Source: an uncultured Bacilli bacterium
GTDB taxonomy: Bacteria > Bacillota_I > Bacilli_A > RFN20 > CAG-449
DNA length: 64,000 nt
Assembly (NCBI GenBank): GCA_944332075.1
Contig: CALVJL010000007.1
Span: 318-64,317 of the forward strand
Direction: 5' to 3'
The translations under genes and the position numbers were made by a program. The notes below the pieces were generated by a model that had not been told where the DNA came from, searched no databases, and saw only the letters and a program-made list of their open reading frames with translations. Positions within the stretch are counted from its first letter, which is position 1; each line of letters begins with the position of its first letter. This document shows, one piece after another, positions 1 through 7,500 of the stretch.

Positions 1-618
1 ATGAAGATTGAGGAAGTGATATCTAGAATCGTGATAATGTGTGTTTCTATTTCCGTAGTAGCCTTCATACCAAATATCAGCGAGTTGAGACATTGTTTTA
101 GGATGCTTCTTATTAATCGTGTTTACTAAGTGTTCATCCATCTTCTTACAAAACCTCATTCTCTCTTGTTTGATTTCTAAGGCTTTATAAAGAAGATCAT
201 TTTTACTAGCCACAATGTTGATGAAGTTTCTAATGCTTCTAACATCGTGATCTTCACCATTTAAATGAACGTGAATACCACAACTTGAATTTGTTAGACC
301 TCCTGCTTTTCTAAGTATCCTTACTAATTCTTGGAGTGTGTTTATATCCTCGTCATAAGTAAGAATTGGACTAACTAACTCGCATGAATAATCTCTTGAA
401 GCACTTATGATTTCGCCATTTCTTTTGGTCTGACATCTTAAGGAACCATCATACATTACTTTCCATTTCCTTCCGTCAGGTGCAGTTATTACCTTAGTGT
501 CGTAATAATCACGAGCATCACTAACTGTTCCGTTTAAGTATTCAGCGACTAGTTTTGCAGCTTTATTTCTAGTGATACCTGTAAACTCAATTTCAATGCC
601 AAACTTCTCTTTAAACAT
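1..618 (-). CDS. Amidoligase-family (COOH-NH2 ligase type 2) protein, 3' end truncated by the window
   Basis: Not in the ORF track. Manual translation from ATG 618: MFKEKFGIEIEFTGITR...WKVMYDGSL...CELVSPIL...SCGIHVH...RYHFLNLH, matching the hallmark motifs of the family. Confidence 0.88.
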   Translation of the reverse strand, partial: MFKEKFGIEIEFTGITRNKAAKLVAEYLNGTVSDARDYYDTKVITAPDGRKWKVMYDGSLRCQTKRNGEIISASRDYSCELVSPILTYDEDINTLQELVRILRKAGGLTNSSCGIHVHLNGEDHDVRSIRNFINIVASKNDLLYKALEIKQERMRFCKKMDEHLVNTINKKHPKTMSQLADIWYEGYYGNRNTHYHDSRYHFLNLH

Positions 619-619
619 C

Positions 620-814
620 TTACTTACTCTCCTTTATAAGCTCTTCATATAACTCTTCCATTCTTTCCATTGATGAGAGGTAAGCATCCTCTTGAAGCAT
701 GTGTTTCATATCGTCTTCACTAGTTTCACAAGGATTCTCATCATAGGCTTTTTTGTTCTTAAGGTAGTTAAGAGCTTCCTTTAAGATTTCCTTTTTAATC
801 TCTTGTTTTGTCAT
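620..814 (-). CDS. Small phage hypothetical protein
   Basis: 64 aa ORF with a strong AAGGAGG RBS, ending 1 nt before the amidoligase start. Confidence 0.75.
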   Translation of the reverse strand: MTKQEIKKEILKEALNYLKNKKAYDENPCETSEDDMKHMLQEDAYLSSMERMEELYEELIKESK

Positions 815-860
815 CGTGTTTTTCCTCCTTGAAGGTGTATTTCTTTACCCTTCGCACATA

Positions 861-892
861 TAGTAATCACTCTAAAAACACACGATATCAAC
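861..892 (-). promoter_or_regulatory. Putative promoter of the small-gene/amidoligase cassette
   Basis: Minus strand reads TTGATA...AGAGTGATTACTAT upstream of the RBS of 620..814. Confidence 0.45.
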
Positions 893-1020
893 TACATATT
901 TGAGGTATTTTTAAGTATTTTAAAGAATGTTAAAATTATCATTAAACTTGCAAAAAACACTGCAAAAATAAGTTTTTTTACAAAGAAACGATTTAATTCA
1001 ATTTTTGAGATTTTCAGATT

Positions 1021-1110
1021 TTCAAAATATTTGGCTCGTATTTTTCGTGAGTCCCCCTTGCTCGGTACCCCAAGGATAATTTAAAGGCTACCTGGGGGGG
1101 AGGGTTAAGG
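1021..1110 (-). other. Putative cos/packaging-initiation site
   Basis: GC-rich island in AT-rich intergenic DNA downstream of the HNH gene: CCCTCCCCCCCAGG...GGGGTACCGAGCAAGGGGGACTCACGAAAAATACG. Position and composition are typical of HNH-associated cos regions. Confidence 0.55.
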
Positions 1111-1116
1111 CAACAA

Positions 1117-1500
1117 TTATTTATATTTTTCGCCGAGTTTGTTAGCCCAGCTTTCAGTATAAAAAGAATAGTAGCTGATGTTATTCTTCTCTCTATACTT
1201 ACTAAAACATCCACACCAGATAAGACTTGGTAAGCCAATCACAAATGACCAAACAGGTCCCAAAATTAAGCTTTGAACTGTGTGTCCATATTCGTGTTTG
1301 ATGAGCTTTAAGTCATATGGTCTAGCAGTAAAGATAAACATCCCTAAACTAAGTGAACTACCTAGCTTCCAAGTAGTAATCACTGCTCCGTGAAACACTC
1401 TATGATTTCTTACTGCTAAAAATAAAAAGAGAATCAATCCTAGTAAGTTTTGGATGATTCCCCAAGTCCATTGCACTAAATAAAATAAAAACTTCTTCAT
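1117..1500 (-). CDS. Membrane protein with HExxH motif (putative zinc metalloprotease)
   Basis: Hydrophobic segments, KHEYGH motif and a downstream E (YTESWAN). Confidence 0.65.
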   Translation of the reverse strand: MKKFLFYLVQWTWGIIQNLLGLILFLFLAVRNHRVFHGAVITTWKLGSSLSLGMFIFTARPYDLKLIKHEYGHTVQSLILGPVWSFVIGLPSLIWCGCFSKYREKNNISYYSFYTESWANKLGEKYK

Positions 1501-1832
1501 CTATTTCCGTCCTCCCTAACTTCAACTAAGTCACCATCTTCATTCCATTTGTATTTTGGTAACTTACCATTAAAACGACCATGTATCTTGTTATGGCATT
1601 CTTTGCAAAGCAAGAGAAGGTTATCCAAGTTTAAAGCAATCGATGGATCATCTACGTTATCAAGCGTTAAGTGAATTTTATGATGGACCTCCGTCCCAGG
1701 CTTTCCACAGACTTCACATCTTCCTTTTGCTCTTAAGATAACCTCTTCCCTTACCTTGTGCCAAACATCTGACTTATAGAAGTTATGTAGACGCTTTGGC
1801 TGTAGCCTTCTTGAGCTCACTGACTTTTCCAT
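1497..1832 (-). CDS. Phage HNH endonuclease
   Basis: CEVC...EVHH...NLLLLCKECHNKIH; FYKS..W..VR N-terminus typical of terminase-associated HNH proteins. Confidence 0.92.
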   Translation of the reverse strand: MEKSVSSRRLQPKRLHNFYKSDVWHKVREEVILRAKGRCEVCGKPGTEVHHKIHLTLDNVDDPSIALNLDNLLLLCKECHNKIHGRFNGKLPKYKWNEDGDLVEVREDGNR

Positions 1833-2898
1833 CTACATTCTCCCAAGGATAAATGTCATTACCAAAGTGACCATATTCCGCTAGTCTTTGATAAGAGATA
1901 TCCTTTAATTTAAGTTCTTTTATGATGTTGCCTACCGAGAAATCAAAGTGATCATTAATGAGTTTTAAAAGTTCATCGTCACTAAGTTTTCCTGTGCCAA
2001 AAGTATCTATGCTTACGCTTATTGGACTTGCTACACCAATCGAATAAGAAACAGCCACTTCACACTTGTCAGCTAGCCCAGCCTCTACAATTGACTTAGC
2101 GACAAATCGCGCATAATAAGCACCGCTTCTATCAACTTTGGTATAGTCCTTACCACTAAAGGCTCCTCCGCCATGATGAGCAACTCCGCCATAAGTATCG
2201 ACCATAAGTTTTCTTCCTGTAAGTCCACTATCAGCATAAGGACCGCCTCTAAAAAACGCTCCTGTTGGATTAATTAAAATCTCAATTCCGTCAAGCGTGG
2301 TACCAAGTAAAGGAATTAAAACTTCTTCTTTAATGATTCTTTTTACTTCTTCAAGTTTTATTCCTTTTTTAGTTTGAGCACTTACCACAATTGTTTTGAT
2401 ATCTTTAGGTTTATTATCCTCATATCTAACAGTCACTTGGCACTTACCATCAGGCATAAGAACATCCATATATTTTTCTTTTCTGATGTTTTCTACTGCC
2501 TTTGAAATATCTCTAGCAACCACATAAGGAAGCGGTAAGCACTCTTTTGTTTCATTAGTGGCATAGCCATACATGATCCCTTGATCACCTGCTCCAAGTT
2601 TATCTACACCTTTTGCTATATCCCAAGACTGAGTAGATACTTTAGTAATGACGACAAAATTATCAAAATAGCCAATATCTCTTAAAACTCTTTTAGCTAC
2701 CTTTTCTAAATTCACATGAGCTTTAGAGGTAACCTCTCCAAAGATAATGACTAGGTTATCCTTGATAGAACATTCAATCGCTACTCTTGAGTCTTTATCC
2801 TTAAGCAAATATTCATCCAATATGGCATCACTAATCTGATCGCATAACTTATCAGGATGGCCTCTAAAAACTGATTCACAAGTTACATATTTATTCAT
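1783..2898 (-). CDS. metK: S-adenosylmethionine synthetase (phage-encoded)
   Basis: ESV..GHPDKLCDQISD, GAGDQG, GGGAFSGKD.TKVDRS signatures. Start placed at MNKYVTCESV behind a GAAAGGA RBS. Confidence 0.97.
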   Translation of the reverse strand: MNKYVTCESVFRGHPDKLCDQISDAILDEYLLKDKDSRVAIECSIKDNLVIIFGEVTSKAHVNLEKVAKRVLRDIGYFDNFVVITKVSTQSWDIAKGVDKLGAGDQGIMYGYATNETKECLPLPYVVARDISKAVENIRKEKYMDVLMPDGKCQVTVRYEDNKPKDIKTIVVSAQTKKGIKLEEVKRIIKEEVLIPLLGTTLDGIEILINPTGAFFRGGPYADSGLTGRKLMVDTYGGVAHHGGGAFSGKDYTKVDRSGAYYARFVAKSIVEAGLADKCEVAVSYSIGVASPISVSIDTFGTGKLSDDELLKLINDHFDFSVGNIIKELKLKDISYQRLAEYGHFGNDIYPWENVDGKVSELKKATAKAST

Positions 2899-2919
2899 AA
2901 TTATTATTTTTCCTTTCAA

Positions 2920-4173
2920 TTAAAAAGGAGCCGAAGCTCCAGTGTTATTTTCTTCAATGTTTAAGTCTTGATACCTTATCCTCTCTCCGTCTCTTAGGAC
3001 ATAGACTTCATCACTTTTACCAACTTGAGCGATATATCTTTTTACCGCTACATCTACAAACTTTTCTTCGAGTTCAATACCATAACAAGTTCGATTTGTT
3101 TGCTCGCACGCAATAAGTGTTGAAGCTGAACCTAAGAAAGCATCAAATACTAAATCTTTAGGTTTAGAACTTTGAGCTACAAGATAAGCAATTAATGGTA
3201 CAGGTTTACTTGATGGATGATTCCACCCTTCCGTAGTTGAATTTCTAATAGAAGCAAAGTCAAAGCAAGCCTTCTGCTTTTGGTCACCATACCAGTGATG
3301 CTTTCCGTCTCTTCTCCAACCAAAGATTACTGGCTCAAAATTAAACTTCCAGTCCGTTCTCATTAAAGGTGTATGGTCTTTTCGCCAAACAAGTGATGCT
3401 CCAAGTTTAAAGCCAGCATCTTCAAAGGCATCATAAAATATCCTAGATTGACTAGTCGCATAAAACTCATAGATAGAAGCATCTTCACGCATGATTTCTT
3501 TTAGATTAGTAAAGGCTTTAAGTAAGAACTCATAGGCTTCTTTACCTTTAAGATTGTCATTTTGAATTTTGCCACTAGCACTATCTAAATCTACGAAATA
3601 AGGAGCATCTGTAACTACCAAATTGACTTTATTTCCATCTAAAACCCTTGCAAAAGTCTCTTTAATTGTTGAATCCCCACAAATTACTCTGTGCTTTCCT
3701 AAAAGCCATATATCGCCTTTCTTACTAAAAGCTGGTTTTTGAAGTTCACTATCTATATCAAATTCATCTTCTTTGACATTTTCTAGATCCTCAAGTGAGA
3801 AATCCTCAAAACCAAAATCACCCATATCTAAAGAAATGCCATCTAATTCTTGTTTTAGTTTTTCAAAGTCCCATTCTGATAATTCAGCAGTTTTATTATG
3901 AGCTAAAGCATAGGCTTTTCTTTGTTCATCGGTTAGTTGGTCGAGTCTAATACAAGGCACTTCTTTATACCCTAGTTCCTTAAGAGCTAAGAGGCGGCCA
4001 TGTCCCTCCACTATGATATTTTTGTCACTCCAAACACCAATAGGATCATTCATACCAAAAGCCTCAATTGATTTCTTAATAGCCTCAACATCTGCTTTTT
4101 GGTGCTTTCTAGCATTATTTTCATAAGGAGTAATTTTATTTATATCTATGTATTCAATTCTAAGTTCACTCAT
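2920..4173 (-). CDS. ParB-like N-terminal domain fused to an N4/N6 DNA methyltransferase
   Basis: PYENNAR...GHGR (ParB); GDIWLLG.HR..CGDS, catalytic TDAPY (DPPY variant), HPSSKP, DAFLGSAST. Confidence 0.92.
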   Translation of the reverse strand: MSELRIEYIDINKITPYENNARKHQKADVEAIKKSIEAFGMNDPIGVWSDKNIIVEGHGRLLALKELGYKEVPCIRLDQLTDEQRKAYALAHNKTAELSEWDFEKLKQELDGISLDMGDFGFEDFSLEDLENVKEDEFDIDSELQKPAFSKKGDIWLLGKHRVICGDSTIKETFARVLDGNKVNLVVTDAPYFVDLDSASGKIQNDNLKGKEAYEFLLKAFTNLKEIMREDASIYEFYATSQSRIFYDAFEDAGFKLGASLVWRKDHTPLMRTDWKFNFEPVIFGWRRDGKHHWYGDQKQKACFDFASIRNSTTEGWNHPSSKPVPLIAYLVAQSSKPKDLVFDAFLGSASTLIACEQTNRTCYGIELEEKFVDVAVKRYIAQVGKSDEVYVLRDGERIRYQDLNIEENNTGASAPF

Positions 4174-4186
4174 TTACTTTCCTCCA

Positions 4187-4726
4187 TTAAAGGCAAACAT
4201 TACCGTCGTCAGTTTCGATATTTTCTTCATCTTCACTATCAGCACTTTGCCATTCTTCATCATTTACTTTTTCTTTTTGCTCAGCCATAAAGGTCAAATC
4301 TTCGTATCTTTCGCTCCATTCCCTACCAAAATGTTTCGTTAAAAGGTAAGTCAACGCTTTATAGTCAGGTCCGACTTGCTTTTTGGTTCTATGAACTTTT
4401 TTCACTTGTTGACCACCTTTATCAACTATGTATTGGTCCTCTTCTACCATTTCATATCCAACTGCCTTTTTATACATGGCACTTGCTAAATCTTTTTTAA
4501 GCTCATATTTAGCTTTGTCGATTGCTTCTTGAATATCTGGATGATCTTTTTTCATCGATGAGAATGTATTAGCGTTAATTTTCAAAACTCGACACATTTC
4601 CTTTTGTGAAACAAGTTTTTTTGCACATTCAGTGATAAAGGCTAATACCTCAGGGAGTTTTCCAGATTCAACCCAATTTTTATAAATATCCGTTCCATAG
4701 ATTCTTTTATTTTTTCTATTAGCCAC
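4187..4726 (-). CDS. Terminase small subunit-like HTH protein
   Basis: N-terminal HTH then AMYKKAVGYE...KKQVGPD..ALTYLL..W pattern; first gene after the late promoter. Confidence 0.6.
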   Translation of the reverse strand: MANRKNKRIYGTDIYKNWVESGKLPEVLAFITECAKKLVSQKEMCRVLKINANTFSSMKKDHPDIQEAIDKAKYELKKDLASAMYKKAVGYEMVEEDQYIVDKGGQQVKKVHRTKKQVGPDYKALTYLLTKHFGREWSERYEDLTFMAEQKEKVNDEEWQSADSEDEENIETDDGNVCL

Positions 4727-4751
4727 TCATGATTTCTCCTTTCTTTGCATG

Positions 4752-4787
4752 AAAAAAGCCCACAGCATCTATTTGCACTATGGGCTC
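4752..4787 (-). terminator. Hairpin plus U-tract in the late-transcript leader
   Basis: Minus strand GAGCCCATAG-TGCAAATAGATG-CTGTGGGCT-TTTTT. Confidence 0.6.
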
Positions 4788-4855
4788 AAAAATATAAGTT
4801 GCTCTAGATATAATTATCTATACTACCATTTTACCCTCTTGACATATTATTTCAA

Positions 4856-4905
4856 TGTTTCACTATGTGTCAGAGCGTTCCACCGTGTTTCAGAGTGTTC
4901 CAATT
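4856..4905. repeat. Five tandem 10-bp repeats, likely ArpU/RinA-type activator sites at the late promoter
   Basis: tgtttcacta tgtgtcagag cgttccaccg tgtttcagag tgttccaatt: one-helical-turn period, lying between the ArpU-like gene and the TerS-like gene. Confidence 0.7.
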
Positions 4906-5258
4906 TTTCAAAGCATCAATTTTTATTGAAGATTTTGTCTTTTAAGCCTTGTATACAGCTAGAAAGACATTGTCTTCTTTTGCTTATCTCGTTAAAGACT
5001 TTCAAGGTATTAAAGGTATTTTAAATCTAAGACAATGTCTTTTAAAAAATCTTTTACGTGTCTTTTGCTTGAATTTTCTAACGTATCAAACGTATTACTC
5101 AAATTGAGACAAAATCTCTTTTTAAGTCTTTACCTTAAATCACCTTAAATAAAACTAACGTATTTAACGTAGCGCCTAACATACCGTAATTTACAAAAAG
5201 AAAAGACTATGTTGAATCACCTTAATTCGGTTTAACGACTCTAACATAGCCTCGACAT

Positions 5259-5672
5259 CTATGCATCAAGACTTTTCATTACTTCTTCAGCCTCATTAAG
5301 AAGCCTATAAAGCGAACTTCTCGAAACATACATAGCCGACATTATCTCATCATAAGTCATAAAACTGATATGCCTATACATGATTGCAAGTGCCATATCT
5401 TTATTTTCTAATTTTTCAAGTGCATTAGTAGCTTTAAGCTTTAGATCAGCAAGTGAATCCTCTTCTTCTTTTATCTCCTTTTCTTTATCTAATGCTTTGA
5501 TAATCCATTTCTCAAAAGGAGCTTTACCACTAGGCTGTGTGTGTATTTTTTCACCATAGATAGGACCAGGAATCATATCAGCTTGCCTTTTATAAAACTT
5601 TAATAGTCCTCTATCCTGATGAATTTTGTTGTTTAAGTCTTTGATTTCATCTAGTACAAGTTTTAGTTTCAT
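5259..5672 (-). CDS. ArpU/RinA (DUF1492)-like late transcription activator
   Basis: 137 aa, coiled-coil N-terminus, C-terminal sigma-4-like HTH (TYDEIMSAMYVSRSSLYRL); follows the SNF2 helicase. Confidence 0.8.
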   Translation of the reverse strand: MKLKLVLDEIKDLNNKIHQDRGLLKFYKRQADMIPGPIYGEKIHTQPSGKAPFEKWIIKALDKEKEIKEEEDSLADLKLKATNALEKLENKDMALAIMYRHISFMTYDEIMSAMYVSRSSLYRLLNEAEEVMKSLDA

Positions 5673-7057
5673 TGCCTATTTCCTCCTTTCACATGGGCTT
5701 TTACTGCCTCAATTAAGGCATCCTGCGTTCTTTCCTTTTTATCAAGTGCCTTAATGACGTCTTCATCGATAGTTCCTGAACCGATTATTCTTATCACTAC
5801 TACTGAACTAGCCTTTTGACCTTGCCTATATAATCTTCCGATTGTTTGTTGATAAAGTTCTAATGACCAAGTTAGTGAAAACCAAACTAGAACATTCCCA
5901 CCTTCTTGAAGATTGAGTCCATGCCCTGCTGATTGAGGATGGATAAGTCCAACATTTATTTCACCTTTATTCCATTTTTCTATCGATTCTGGCTCATCCA
6001 AGATTTCAATAGAGATATCTGTCTTATCTCTTATCTTCTTTAGCCTATTTTTGATCCTTTCCAAATCAGATTTAAACCAATAGGCAACTAATATAGGCTT
6101 TCCGTTTGATGCTTCTATAATATCTTCAAGTGCATCAAGCTTCTTATCATGAATCCACTCAAATGTTCCATCGTTTTTGTATATGCCTCCATTTGCAATT
6201 TGAAGCAGTTTACTAGATAAAACACCTGCATTAGCAATGGTGATATCTTTATCCTCAAATTCCAAAACGAAGTTTTGTCTTATGGCATCATAGATTTCAA
6301 ATTCCTTCTCACTTAGTACAACTGGATAATCATTTATAATTAGACGTGGCATTTTTAGATGGTCGATCGACTTCATTGAAATGGTGATGTCCTCAATGAG
6401 CTTATAAATAGCTTTCTTCGCCCAAGGTAGAGGCTTATATGAGAACACTATCTCTTGATTTCTTTTATCTGGTTCAAAGAAAGATTGTCGGTAATTGCTA
6501 ATGAATCTCCCTAGCCTCTTTCCTTTATCGAGAAGTTTATATTCAGCCCATAGGTCCATAAGTCCATTACTTGAAGGAGTAGCCGTTAGACCTATGATTC
6601 TTTTTACTAGAGGCCTTACTTTATTAAGGGCTTTAAATCTTTTTGATTTACCATTCTTGAAGGAAGAAAGCTCGTCTAGAACAATGGTGTCAAAGTCAAA
6701 CCGAACTTTACTCTTTTCAATTAACCATTCGACATTTTCTCTATTGATGATATAAATATCTGACCTTTCACTTAATGCTCTTTTTCTAGTTTTTTCATCA
6801 CCTACACAAAGAGAAAATTTTAAATCTTTCAGATGGTCCCACTTCTTAATCTCATTTACCCAAGTGTTAATGCAAACCCTAATAGGGGCAACGATAAGAA
6901 CCTTATGAGCTTCAAAAGAGTCAAAGAGTAAATCGTTAATTGCTGTTAAAGTAATAATCGTCTTGCCTAAGCCGACATCCAAAATCAACGCACTCTCTAA
7001 ATGGTTTTCAATAAAGTGTATGGCATATTTTTGATATTCATGTGGTTGAAATTCCAT
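5669..7057 (-). CDS. SNF2-family phage helicase
   Basis: MEFQPHEYQ start, GLGKT, LDELSSFK, TATP, SAGHGLNLQ, GRLYRQGQ. Confidence 0.95.
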   Translation of the reverse strand: MEFQPHEYQKYAIHFIENHLESALILDVGLGKTIITLTAINDLLFDSFEAHKVLIVAPIRVCINTWVNEIKKWDHLKDLKFSLCVGDEKTRKRALSERSDIYIINRENVEWLIEKSKVRFDFDTIVLDELSSFKNGKSKRFKALNKVRPLVKRIIGLTATPSSNGLMDLWAEYKLLDKGKRLGRFISNYRQSFFEPDKRNQEIVFSYKPLPWAKKAIYKLIEDITISMKSIDHLKMPRLIINDYPVVLSEKEFEIYDAIRQNFVLEFEDKDITIANAGVLSSKLLQIANGGIYKNDGTFEWIHDKKLDALEDIIEASNGKPILVAYWFKSDLERIKNRLKKIRDKTDISIEILDEPESIEKWNKGEINVGLIHPQSAGHGLNLQEGGNVLVWFSLTWSLELYQQTIGRLYRQGQKASSVVVIRIIGSGTIDEDVIKALDKKERTQDALIEAVKAHVKGGNRQ

Positions 7058-7343
7058 CTTTTCTTCCTCCTTCAATTTCATCAAGTATCTTTTCAATTTC
7101 TTCTTTCTTATCCAGGACATAGACTTTAAATCCTAGATTTCTTAGCTCTTCATGCCTTTTTACCTGTATTGGTCTTGGCATTTTTTTAGGTGCCTTAACT
7201 TCCACAAAGCCAATATGACCAAATGCGATGAGAACTAATCTATCTGGAATACCTATGTAACTAGGTGAATAAAGTTTTAATGCTAAGCCGTTTCTTTTCT
7301 TAACTGCCTTTATAAGTTGCTGCTCTATATATTTTTCATTCAT
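7038..7343 (-). CDS. VRR-NUC domain nuclease
   Basis: MNEKYIE...GIPDRL...FVEVKAP...Q. Confidence 0.93.
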   Translation of the reverse strand: MNEKYIEQQLIKAVKKRNGLALKLYSPSYIGIPDRLVLIAFGHIGFVEVKAPKKMPRPIQVKRHEELRNLGFKVYVLDKKEEIEKILDEIEGGRKDGISTT

Positions 7344-7370
7344 TTTTAAATCCTGCTTCCCTTTTACATC

Positions 7371-7500
7371 GACACACAAGTTACAACTACAACGACCAGT
7401 TCCTTATATTTATATACGCGCCTATATAAATACATAATTCCTATTTATTTCTCACTGTCGGTCTAATAAGAATTAGTTGTGTTTACTGTGTTTCGTGTTT
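7371..7500. other. Putative phage replication origin
   Basis: Convergent ACAC/ACAAC and GTTGTG/TGTGTT short repeats flank an AT-rich core with TATATACGCGCCTATATA, at the 3' end of the primase-helicase gene. Confidence 0.5.

Noticed and set aside
4749-5024. Plus-strand 91-aa ORF, and the 74-aa ORF at 1014..1238
   Set aside because: No RBS or recognisable motifs; they overlap the late-promoter repeats and the cos-like region respectively.
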